DNA from: a bacterium
GTDB taxonomy: Bacteria; CLD3; SB21
Reading direction: 5' to 3'
DNA length: 61,942 bases
Assembly: GCA_013360215.1 (NCBI GenBank)
Contig: JABWCP010000022.1
Span: 1-61,942 of the forward strand
A program made the translations under genes and the position numbers. The notes under the pieces are model-generated. The model was not told where the DNA came from. It was given only the letters and a program-made list of their open reading frames with translations, and searched no databases. Shown piece by piece: positions 40,247 through 49,715 of the stretch; within the stretch, counting starts at the first letter, position 1, and the number at the start of each line of letters is the position of its first letter.

Positions 40247-41487
40247 AACGGCAACCCTTTAATCGCATATTTACGGGCCGGGCCTCCATTGGGATCGGGC
40301 TTGCTGATAACTGGAAATACCATTACACAAACACGATAAACCAATACAAGTAACGCTACAAATCCGACGGTAACCGATATTTCTCCAAATGATGGTACAT
40401 ATCGCTCTGTCGCATAGGGCGGCGTATAAGCGACGATAAAATTATTGATGCGATTGATCAGTACACCGAATATTACCAGGCCGGATGCAACGAAAAGCCA
40501 GAGCGGTGAACGGCGCACACCCGGTGAAAGAAACATGCGGAGCGGAATGATAACGCCTACGACCAACTCGATAACAAACATCATACTTTCAAGGGTCGGC
40601 TCATTGAGATACACAAATGTTTCGCGGATAAACATATCTCCGATTTTAAACGCCAGATAGATCGCTAGCAACGGGCCGACGATACGAGCAAGCCTTGAAA
40701 GCACCGCCATTTCCGGTTTCAGACCAAAAGAACGTGACGCTAACAATGATTCAAAAATAACCATCGGAAACCCCACAGATACGGCTGACAATAAAAACAA
40801 CAAAGGCAGTATCGGCGTTTGCCACAGCGGATGCATCTTAACACCGGCGATAACCATCAGAGTTCCTAATGAGGACTGATGAAGCGTAGATAACACGACG
40901 CCCATGATAATAAATACAAACATGGATTTGCTCAGCCCGCGATCCAGTAATCTCAAAAAACGATCCAGTGGTTTATTAAGCGCCCTCAAGACTCCGGGTA
41001 GTGTCACACGCCCGATAAAGCGTTCCGTCACAATGGGTAAAAACTCGATATATAGCACGCTCATATAAATCATCACGCACATACCCACTTCAAAAAGCGC
41101 GGAAGTGCCATTCCACATGATCAAAGGATGCCAGATATAATAATATCGCCCTATATCTATGCACACCCCCATCGCGACAAACGTGTATCCTAACATCGCC
41201 GTGAGCAGGGCCGGACGAATAACTGCGTGGTATTCCTCCCGATGCATGATGTGCCCTAAGGCGGCGCTGGTAAACCCTCCGGCGGCTAAAGCGACTCCGG
41301 CTGCCACATCTACGCCGATCCACAAACCCCATGGATATTGATTGTCCAGATTGGTCACTGCACCCAAACCAAAAAGAAAACGCCCTGCCAGGAATACGAT
41401 TCCATTCAGGGCGAGCAATATCAGTATCATAACACCGACTGTAAAAAACTTCTTTTCGACGGGCGCAGGTTTTTCAAATGCGTTCAT
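40243..41487 (-). CDS. NrfD/PsrC-family membrane subunit (HybB/HmcC-like)
   Basis: GLGAVTNL...PWGLWIGVDV..GVALAAGGF, DIGR, SALFEV, LHQSSLG; ~10 TMs. Confidence 0.9.
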   Translation of the reverse strand: MNAFEKPAPVEKKFFTVGVMILILLALNGIVFLAGRFLFGLGAVTNLDNQYPWGLWIGVDVAAGVALAAGGFTSAALGHIMHREEYHAVIRPALLTAMLGYTFVAMGVCIDIGRYYYIWHPLIMWNGTSALFEVGMCVMIYMSVLYIEFLPIVTERFIGRVTLPGVLRALNKPLDRFLRLLDRGLSKSMFVFIIMGVVLSTLHQSSLGTLMVIAGVKMHPLWQTPILPLLFLLSAVSVGFPMVIFESLLASRSFGLKPEMAVLSRLARIVGPLLAIYLAFKIGDMFIRETFVYLNEPTLESMMFVIELVVGVIIPLRMFLSPGVRRSPLWLFVASGLVIFGVLINRINNFIVAYTPPYATERYVPSFGEISVTVGFVALLVLVYRVCVMVFPVISKPDPNGGPARKYAIKGLPL

Positions 41488-41496
41488 ATTCTTCTC

Positions 41497-42381
41497 CTAA
41501 TCATCCGGTTCTTCCCGATGCTTCATGAGCCACATAATGCCGCCCAACAGGGCGTAAAGTGATACCGGCGGCACAAAATAGGCGAAGATACCATGCTGAA
41601 TAGATTCCGAAACGCCCGGCGCCGGATTGCGACCGAGTTTGGGAAATCCGATTTCAGCAAAATCGCGTTCGGCTAAATACAACCACGCCGTGCCTCCGAC
41701 TTCCGTTTCGCCAAAAATATGATCTTTATATTTTTCAGGATGACGGCGTATACGATCTTTTGCGATTTGTAATAATTCAGCACGTGTACCGAATATCATA
41801 GCTTCTACCGGACATTCCGTAACGCACGCCGGACGCTCTCCCTTATCGGTACGTTGTTTGCAAAAATCACATTTGATAATATCGGGACGAAACGCTTTTT
41901 CATATTCAAACGCCGGTACTTGAAAGGGACATGCTACCATACAGTATCGGCAACCGATACATTTGTCCGTATCCCACAAAACACTACCCTTTTCTTCTTT
42001 GTGAAACGCGCCGACAATACACGCAGAAACGCATGCCGGTTCATCACAGTGCATGCATTGAAATTTCACAAAAGTTTCAGTTTGTCGTTGAGAATACTGA
42101 TTGATGACAGTCAGGCGGGTTTCATCAGGGCGGCGTACTTTCTTAAATACATCCGTGCTTTGATAGTTCTCCAGCTTTTCATCGTCGTACCCGTGCGCTT
42201 TGCGGCAAGCCCATTCACAAGTCCGGCAACCGATACATACGGTAGTGTCAACCAAAACACCCCGGCGATCCGGAGAAAGCTCATTGCGCGAAGCCGCTTG
42301 TACGGGTTTACCGCTTCCTGAAGCGGCTGCACCTAGCAGCGCTGCCGCAGCGATAAACCTTCGGCGACTGTGGTTTATCAT
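41497..42381 (-). CDS. Tat-exported 4x[4Fe-4S] ferredoxin subunit (HybA/HmcB-like) with C-terminal TM
   Basis: SRRRFI Tat motif; CIGCRTCEWAC, CMHCDEPACVSAC, CIGCRYCMVACP, KCDFC..PACVTECP; GETEVGGT. Confidence 0.92.
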   Translation of the reverse strand: MINHSRRRFIAAAALLGAAASGSGKPVQAASRNELSPDRRGVLVDTTVCIGCRTCEWACRKAHGYDDEKLENYQSTDVFKKVRRPDETRLTVINQYSQRQTETFVKFQCMHCDEPACVSACIVGAFHKEEKGSVLWDTDKCIGCRYCMVACPFQVPAFEYEKAFRPDIIKCDFCKQRTDKGERPACVTECPVEAMIFGTRAELLQIAKDRIRRHPEKYKDHIFGETEVGGTAWLYLAERDFAEIGFPKLGRNPAPGVSESIQHGIFAYFVPPVSLYALLGGIMWLMKHREEPDD

Positions 42382-42700
42382 AATTTGCCTCGCAGCATGA
42401 AGAAGTAACTATTGCAATTCCAATTGTTTCAAAAAACAATTTCAACAATGCACATACAACATACGTTTGAAGGCGTTTTACTACAATGATACCGGTCAGC
42501 GATGATCAAACTTTTTCGCTTAAAAAATAACCGCATTAAATCATGTTAACACGTGACCCGTGAGATCAAATAGAGCAAACGCATTAAAAGGCATTTATAA
42601 AATTTGATTTCTGGCGCTAATTTTGAGATTTCATGATAAAAGGAAGGAAAAAATAATTCAGATTATGGAGTCTGTTGTTATAAATTAGATTGTGTGAAAT

Positions 42701-42730
42701 AAAAAACCGGTGAAATTTTACATTCACCGG
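42701..42730 (-). terminator. Terminator after DUF3857 genes
   Basis: AAAAAACCGGTGAA-ttttaca-TTCACCGG. Confidence 0.7.
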
Positions 42731-42765
42731 CTCTATAGACTCACATGGGTTGTTACTAGTTGTTG

Positions 42766-44745
42766 CTAATTATTAACTTTGAAAATAAGGTTTGGTAATT
42801 GAAGTCTTGACGATTTGCCGGCAACGCGCCAAAGATCATCAACGGTTTCTTTGGGTTGTAACGTCTTTATTAATCGCAGCGACTGTTCTGCTTTGAGTGT
42901 ACCCTTGCTAATAGCATAGTTCCCTGAAATCGAACCGAAATTATTTTGAAACTGAACATCCTGCATAGTCGATGCCAACTCCCATGTTTGAGGATATTGG
43001 ATCGTTATTTTTTTTATAAATGCTTCATCATTAAAAATTCGAATTGGATTTTTTCTTTCTTTACTGTCACTTTTAAATTTGATGCGCGAAGTCGGTGAAA
43101 AAAGCCCGCCGGTCTGAAAAATCACTTCTTCCGGTGTGACGGTAACAAGATTGTCTATGGTATATCGCAAACGAATGATAAGCGGTTTGCGATGATCCGA
43201 CAGATTTTCGATAGAAGACGAAGTGATCGTAGTGTGCCCGTCACTATAGGTCATCATTTTTTTCAAACTTTGGTCGCGTTCTTCATTATTCATACGCGCC
43301 ATGTTACGACGGACTCCATACGCTTCCGATCCGTGTAAAGTTTTCAGTTCCTCTACTTCGACTGCCCCGTCTTCAGCAATATTTAATTGATACGCTTCTT
43401 CCGTTATGTTATCCGAGCCGACCCCGTCCGGTACCTTATAAAAGCCATCATAACCCTGGTTTGTAATTTTTATAGCTTCTTGTCCTTGGTACAATTCAGG
43501 TATATAGGTAATCGGTAAGAACTCGATATATGGAAAAACGACATATGATTTTTCATTGATCACGGCTAGCACGGCGGGCGTATACATTTCTGAAGCAGAA
43601 AAATATTGTTTATCAAAATAACCATCCTGAGCGCTGTGAATAAGAAGATATTTAGCATCAATCCTGGCTTTCAAAAGCATGGCTTGTGCAAGCCCTGTGA
43701 TCAGATAAGCATTGCCTTTCTTTTTGATCAGTAATTCATCAAAATCACTCGCGCCTTGCCCGACATCCATTTGGGTCTGAAGATACGTGATGATCGAATC
43801 CAGTTTTTGTTCAGACGTTTTACACGACGCAACGACTTTATCCGTAGTGCGCCCCACATTATTTGCCAATAACTTGGAGAAAAACGACGTTCTATCAATC
43901 GCATAATTTTTATAAATATTGGCCACCTCGCTCCAACCGGATGCGCCTTTATAATTAATATTCCCCATATTGAGTTTGGTGATCATAAATGCCGCATAAT
44001 CGGCCAGTTCTTTAAAAAATGGCGAAAACGGTTCGTCATGAACAGCCGCGATATCACGCGCTGCATACATCAAAACCCGTTTTCGATTTTTGGCGTCCAA
44101 TTGTGTGGTGTATTTGAGTTTACGCGTATCGCTTATATTTTTTTGGCGAATCTCCCACCAATCCGGATACGCATAGCGAAAAGTAAGCTTTTCAACAGGC
44201 ATACTGTACTGCAATGCAACATTGTGTTGCAGCGGCGGATTGTTCAAAAGGTTAACATATTCTATTTCATACCCTTCTTCTACGATGGTACCTTTGACCA
44301 CGTCGGGATAAACAAACCGGTAGGTCTGTGAATGGTCCGAATTTTTTTCCGATTTGAGGTGCAGCATGTTAAAACGCGTGATTTTTCCGTCGGGTGAAAT
44401 CGTACGCATGAATGCGTTTTTCAATACTTGATTGGCTTCGACGTGCACCGAAAAAGTGCTCAACCTTTGATTGTCGGGATTGAGAATAACGTAACGGACT
44501 TTACGAATATAGAAAAATGACCATTCGTTGAGTCCCATCATCAAGTCCGATGCATTGTGCTCCATGGATTCGTCGATTTCAAGAAACACACCATCATACT
44601 CCGAATATTTTGAAGCATACGACGGAAGATTGATCGTATCGTTAATACTCAGTTTTAATGAGGTCGGTGCGAGGGCAATGGTCTTATTGGAGATCGAACA
44701 GGATGCCAGGGTTATCGTAAAGACCAGTGTTAGTATTATTCTCAT
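42766..44745 (-). CDS. DUF3857-like lipoprotein with degenerate transglutaminase-like domain
   Basis: Lipobox LASC; RFVYPDVVKGTIVE; transglutaminase-like core reads KKGNAYLIT (no Cys). Confidence 0.7.
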   Translation of the reverse strand: MRIILTLVFTITLASCSISNKTIALAPTSLKLSINDTINLPSYASKYSEYDGVFLEIDESMEHNASDLMMGLNEWSFFYIRKVRYVILNPDNQRLSTFSVHVEANQVLKNAFMRTISPDGKITRFNMLHLKSEKNSDHSQTYRFVYPDVVKGTIVEEGYEIEYVNLLNNPPLQHNVALQYSMPVEKLTFRYAYPDWWEIRQKNISDTRKLKYTTQLDAKNRKRVLMYAARDIAAVHDEPFSPFFKELADYAAFMITKLNMGNINYKGASGWSEVANIYKNYAIDRTSFFSKLLANNVGRTTDKVVASCKTSEQKLDSIITYLQTQMDVGQGASDFDELLIKKKGNAYLITGLAQAMLLKARIDAKYLLIHSAQDGYFDKQYFSASEMYTPAVLAVINEKSYVVFPYIEFLPITYIPELYQGQEAIKITNQGYDGFYKVPDGVGSDNITEEAYQLNIAEDGAVEVEELKTLHGSEAYGVRRNMARMNNEERDQSLKKMMTYSDGHTTITSSSIENLSDHRKPLIIRLRYTIDNLVTVTPEEVIFQTGGLFSPTSRIKFKSDSKERKNPIRIFNDEAFIKKITIQYPQTWELASTMQDVQFQNNFGSISGNYAISKGTLKAEQSLRLIKTLQPKETVDDLWRVAGKSSRLQLPNLIFKVNN

Positions 44746-46595
44746 GGGGTGTTTCCGGTTATAGTAATAAGCGACGTTTTAAGCTTCAGATATTGTTTGC
44801 AAAATTCGAGATACGACAGCCGTTCAACCCCGTCATACCACAGGGATTGCTGGACAAACTCATAGCGTGTTTCTAACATTCCGCGCGACGCATCCAATGA
44901 AGTTTGATTACTAAACCAAGCAACCTCTTTGTCGCCGAGCGCGATATCTTTATAATTCACCTTTGCATCGCCTATTTTCAATCGCAGTATCATACCGAGC
45001 AATTCAGGGTTTTTCATGTACACCGGCCACGTGTCTTTTATTCGTTCACCTGTTTGGGATGAAACGGATTGAAACGGAGCTTGCGGGATATATTTGCGCG
45101 TTGCAGTTTGAATAATAAATTCCGACAAATCCGCTTTAGCACTAAATGTCATTGTCGAGTCTGACTCGCTTTCAAAATGGAATTGATCCATGCTTATTTT
45201 ACTGAAATTGGAGTTGATCATCCGGGATAAATAATTTTCAAGCGCCTGTCCGGAGAGTTCATGCCGTGCATGACGGGCCGACGATAAATATTCATTACGG
45301 AGCTTGATACTGGCTTTCGCTGCGCGCAAACTGTCCATTTCTCCGTTTACTTCCACTTCGATGGATAATTTTCGCGGCAAAGGCGGCTCGTCGGTATAAA
45401 CCGGATTCGCCTCGTTGAGAATCAATACTCGTCCGTTGAAATCCGTCGGAGGAAGATTGCCAAATTCACAATATTTAGCCGTAGGATCAAAATAAAAACG
45501 TTTCCCGTCGGCTTCATAGACATTGATCACATGATTAAAAAACGAAGTATGGACGCCGTCAAAACGAAGTCTGGGTGTGGTCGAAACGAGCGCCATACGA
45601 ACAGGTATACCTGCAGAACGCGCCAAAAGCATCAGCAACAATGCCCGGTCTTTACAATCACCGTAGTTTAATTCGAGTACTTTTTTGGAGCGATGCGGTA
45701 TGATCGCATGAAAGGAATCCGCCACAGCGATGTATCGAATACGATTTTTGACGTGATTATGGATTGCTCTGAGTTTATCCATAGGCTCCTCTAATCCTCG
45801 CGTGATAGCCTGCGCCAGAGAGTCATGGCGATCATCAATCAAACCGTTTTGAGCGAGCTTTCCGTTGTACCACGATGTAAATGAGGCCGGTGTGTAGGGA
45901 TTGATCGGTTCGCGTTTTGCATTTTGCAGTTTGGTCAAAATTACGGCACGAATGCGTTCAAACGGGTTATGAGCCAAGGGTGTACGGTAGTTGATATTTC
46001 TAAACGTCAATGTTGTTTTTTCACTCTGACGATCGATACGGCAGTCCAGTGTATCTGTCGTATAGCGTATTTCAAAATCAACATACGTATCGCGCGGATG
46101 GTCAATCTTTATTTGTAGATATTCCACATAATCCACATTAGGCACCTCGATCAAAGGCATGTATGCCGCTTCAGTGAAAGTTTCCTGATATGAATATTGT
46201 ATGGAATCTTTGACCTTTAACGGTTTATCAAATGTTATACTGTGGATTTTGTAATTGCCGATAAACACGTCTTCCGGTTTTGCATAATAAAAACCAATTT
46301 GCGGGGCACCAAAACCTTCTTTTTTAATATACGAACCGTTCAGCTTGTTTACTTTGGCTGAAAATTCCTCGGTTACGTAAAACGTGTTGTTCTTCAACGC
46401 GCGTTCGGACAAATACCGAATTTTAGTTTTGATTTCAGATTTTAATTGATAGTTCCCCTTGTCATTTTTACTTAGCGCATAATGCATCGTACGTGAAAAC
46501 GCCATAGTATGCGAGTTGTCTTCATACTGTGCCGTCAATGGGAAAGTACAGACTACGATAATGATGAAAATCAACTTGATAATAGAAGCTAACAT
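44742..46595 (-). CDS. Secreted transglutaminase-like cysteine protein (DUF3857-type)
   Basis: Signal peptide; IRYIA, YGDCKDRA (Cys), FNHVI (His), FDPT (Asp). Confidence 0.82.
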   Translation of the reverse strand: MLASIIKLIFIIIVVCTFPLTAQYEDNSHTMAFSRTMHYALSKNDKGNYQLKSEIKTKIRYLSERALKNNTFYVTEEFSAKVNKLNGSYIKKEGFGAPQIGFYYAKPEDVFIGNYKIHSITFDKPLKVKDSIQYSYQETFTEAAYMPLIEVPNVDYVEYLQIKIDHPRDTYVDFEIRYTTDTLDCRIDRQSEKTTLTFRNINYRTPLAHNPFERIRAVILTKLQNAKREPINPYTPASFTSWYNGKLAQNGLIDDRHDSLAQAITRGLEEPMDKLRAIHNHVKNRIRYIAVADSFHAIIPHRSKKVLELNYGDCKDRALLLMLLARSAGIPVRMALVSTTPRLRFDGVHTSFFNHVINVYEADGKRFYFDPTAKYCEFGNLPPTDFNGRVLILNEANPVYTDEPPLPRKLSIEVEVNGEMDSLRAAKASIKLRNEYLSSARHARHELSGQALENYLSRMINSNFSKISMDQFHFESESDSTMTFSAKADLSEFIIQTATRKYIPQAPFQSVSSQTGERIKDTWPVYMKNPELLGMILRLKIGDAKVNYKDIALGDKEVAWFSNQTSLDASRGMLETRYEFVQQSLWYDGVERLSYLEFCKQYLKLKTSLITITGNTP

Positions 46596-46926
46596 CCTAG
46601 CATATTCCCTTTTTTTAAACCCATTTAAACGGGATAACGTTAAAACAGCATCGCGCCAAATTCAATAAAAATCAAATCTAGATACAATGCCCAACCAGTA
46701 AAAAAAGTTTGCACTTATGCGCATAAATTCTTTACATTACAGATGTTAACTCTTCATTGGATTATTATGGTAACCGGCATTAATTATACGAATGCCACGT
46801 GTTTCATCGGGATAGGATCTGACCTGTCTGCAATTAATTTGGTGTAAAGTCATCTGCACCAATGTCTTTTAATTAAAATCAACTTTGACTGTTTTATTGA
46901 ATGCGGTTCTAAATTTAGGAGGAATT

Positions 46927-49632
46927 ATGCAGTTGATCCCCAATTCGAGTCGGCGAGGCCTTATGGCTACGCTGTTTTTTTTCGCAAGTTTTGTGCTTCA
47001 AAGCAATGCATTTGCCGGCGGTGAGATTCTCCATACACCGCTAACGAGTCTTCCCGAAGGTCAACCGGTATATTTTGAAACTGCCTTTACTGTGCCGGTA
47101 GAACACGCTTACTTAAACTATCGTCGTCCGGGTCAAGCTAATTTTACCAACTTTGAAATGAGCCAAAAAGTCAATGGTAGTTTCGGCGCGTATATTCGTG
47201 AGCTCAACGGATTAAAAAACGGCGACCAAATCGAGTATTACATTTCCGCCGAAACACGCTCGGGTCAGACAATTACTTTGCCCGCTGAAAATCCGATGTA
47301 TATGCCGTTTCAAATGATCATCAGCAAACGTTCTGTGTTTCAAGAAACCGGTATTGAAGTGGTTGTTTTATCACCGGAACCCGATGAAAAGATCAATAAA
47401 AAAGACGTTGTTATAGCTATTTCTTTATTTTCAGACAATGCTATTGATGTAAAAAATCTTCGCCTCAAACTAGACGGTGACGACATTACGGCTAAAGCCG
47501 ATGTGACGCCGGAACTGATTACCTACTCCCCCAAAGACCTTGGTGTGGGTCAACACGTAGCGCGTTTGATGTATATTTCAGGTGAGAGCGAAACACAAAT
47601 ATTAACCGAATTTACATTTGAAGTGGTACTAAGCGGCGGTGAAGACATTTTAGCTTCCAAAGGTTTCCGTGCCTCTTCAGATTTGACCTCGGGGGGATCC
47701 GAAACCGCTTTTGAAGACGGAACTTTCCGTTTATCCGGACGTGCGGAACATCGTGCACAGCAGAATCTTGGCGAAACCACCGTATTTGATCGCGTGGGTG
47801 GCGATATTTCGTATGAAAAGAAGTGGTTCCAGGTAGGCGCGACGTTCGATTGGGACTCTGAAGACGATCCTAAGAAAAATCAACCCATTTCACGTTATTT
47901 GGTGACGGCCAATGTTGATAATCTAGTGATTTTAAACTACGGCGATACCTACCCCACTTTCAGCCCTGTTACGCTCAATGGAACGCGTGTACGCGGTTTT
48001 AGCGGGGGCGTTTATCTTGGCGTGTTCAATTTTGAGTACGTCACCGGTGAAGTTAACCGTAAAGTATTGAGTGATCAAAATAAAAAGAACAAAAGCAAAA
48101 TAGATTCTATTTTCCACAATACGGACACTTCTGTTACATCATACGCCGATGCTTATCAGGCTTATTTTGAAAGCAACCCCAATGGTTATTTTTCAGGCGA
48201 TTTCAAACGTAATATGACCGCCGGACGCTTCTCTGTAGGCCCCCAGTCATTCCAATTCGGAGTAAGTTTTGTAAAAACCAAAGATCAAGTTAGCTCACTC
48301 CTCATGAATCCTATAACGGCTGTGGGCTATAACGGCTTGACCCCGCAAGAAAATTTGGTTGCCGGTGCTGATTTTCGAGCAAGCATGTTCAATAAGCGTT
48401 TGAACTTTGATGCATCGGTCGCCAGCGCTATCAGTAACACCGATATTACATCCGGTTCAATTTCTCATGCCGATCTAGACTCAGCAGATATTGACCTGAC
48501 TAAAAGTCAATACGATTTAGTAAAGAAGTTTATTACGCTAAACGCTAATCTCGATCCACTAATAACTGAATTCGATAAAAACTTACTCGCATATACTGTT
48601 GGTAGTTCAATATCTGCATATAATAACAATCTGAGTGTGCGTTATCGTTTTAACGGTGCGTTTTTCCAATCGTACGGGGCATCTGTAGCTAGAGATCAAG
48701 AGTCGTTTGAGATCGTCGACCGCATGCGGTTTTGGCAAAACCGCATATTCCTTACAATCAACTATGCGACGATGAAGAATAATCTTGCCAAAACAGCGGC
48801 CAATACGCCTAAAACCAATACGCTTGGATTTAACATGTCATTTTTCTTACCTAATAAATTACCATCGGTAACATTGGGTTATCAAACTATGAGTCGTAAG
48901 AATGGTTTTGATTACGATGGATCAGCAATAAGAGAAAACACAACACAAAAATATCGTGATCAAATACGCGCCGGTGCGCGTCCTGAAGACAATACAACCA
49001 ATACATTCAGTTTTAACACGACGTACGGTTTTACGTTTAATGAACTGCGTAACTCGGCGTCGTTTAGTTTATCCAACAGCACGCGTAAAGATAACAGTAA
49101 AGATATCAATACGGCATATTCGTTCGACTCAGACACTGCCGTTACCTCTGTTATAGCCAATGAAACCATTACAGACTATCATAAAGCCGCCTCCGGATCC
49201 AAGATAAATACCATCGGCTTGAGTCTTTCGACGGACTGGAAGTTTCCATTACGTACTTCGATCGGATTTAACAATTCGAACAGCGAAACAAAATCCGTCA
49301 TTAAAACATCTGACAATAAACGGGATTCTATGACAGTCACAAATAAAACCAGTTCATTCAGTCTTAACGTCAATGCCGACTACCTCGTATTTCAAAATGA
49401 TGACGTACGTATTAATTCGACAGCCGGATACAATTTAGCAGCTGTAACCTTGCCCAACGTTCCCGATATAACTCTTAACACGATTTCTTTGGGTTCACGA
49501 ATCAATTTCTTTGAAAAAAACAATGTGACGCTGACTTACAGCATCACCTCCGGACTCAAAATTCCTACGGCTTCTGGTTCCAAATCGGTAACCAACAGCC
49601 TATTCTTAGCACGATACGAATACATTTTCTAA
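46927..49632 (+). CDS. Large outer-membrane protein: N-terminal Ig-like domains plus C-terminal beta-barrel
   Basis: GGAGGA RBS; signal ending AFA/G; ILHTP..IEYYISAE Ig-like region; amphipathic strands; terminal RYEYIF. Confidence 0.7.
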   Translation: MQLIPNSSRRGLMATLFFFASFVLQSNAFAGGEILHTPLTSLPEGQPVYFETAFTVPVEHAYLNYRRPGQANFTNFEMSQKVNGSFGAYIRELNGLKNGDQIEYYISAETRSGQTITLPAENPMYMPFQMIISKRSVFQETGIEVVVLSPEPDEKINKKDVVIAISLFSDNAIDVKNLRLKLDGDDITAKADVTPELITYSPKDLGVGQHVARLMYISGESETQILTEFTFEVVLSGGEDILASKGFRASSDLTSGGSETAFEDGTFRLSGRAEHRAQQNLGETTVFDRVGGDISYEKKWFQVGATFDWDSEDDPKKNQPISRYLVTANVDNLVILNYGDTYPTFSPVTLNGTRVRGFSGGVYLGVFNFEYVTGEVNRKVLSDQNKKNKSKIDSIFHNTDTSVTSYADAYQAYFESNPNGYFSGDFKRNMTAGRFSVGPQSFQFGVSFVKTKDQVSSLLMNPITAVGYNGLTPQENLVAGADFRASMFNKRLNFDASVASAISNTDITSGSISHADLDSADIDLTKSQYDLVKKFITLNANLDPLITEFDKNLLAYTVGSSISAYNNNLSVRYRFNGAFFQSYGASVARDQESFEIVDRMRFWQNRIFLTINYATMKNNLAKTAANTPKTNTLGFNMSFFLPNKLPSVTLGYQTMSRKNGFDYDGSAIRENTTQKYRDQIRAGARPEDNTTNTFSFNTTYGFTFNELRNSASFSLSNSTRKDNSKDINTAYSFDSDTAVTSVIANETITDYHKAASGSKINTIGLSLSTDWKFPLRTSIGFNNSNSETKSVIKTSDNKRDSMTVTNKTSSFSLNVNADYLVFQNDDVRINSTAGYNLAAVTLPNVPDITLNTISLGSRINFFEKNNVTLTYSITSGLKIPTASGSKSVTNSLFLARYEYIF

Positions 49633-49647
49633 TTCGATCTTATCCGC

Positions 49648-49684
49648 GAGAGCCTGATTTGATTATAAATCAGGCTCTCTTTTT
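49648..49684 (+). terminator. Intrinsic terminator
   Basis: GAGAGCCTGATTT-gattat-AAATCAGGCTCTC-TTTTT. Confidence 0.85.
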
Positions 49685-49715
49685 ATCCACTCTACTATCT
49701 TTATGACGAGGCATT

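Noticed and set aside
40243-42381. Calling these genes hydrogenase-2 hybA/hybB
   Set aside because: No [NiFe] large/small subunit or maturation genes in the window; family-level call only.
42382-42700. FNR/Rex/sigma54 site upstream of the redox operon
   Set aside because: Only half-sites and a weak TTGTTT-N4-AAACAA palindrome in AT-rich DNA; not enough to call.
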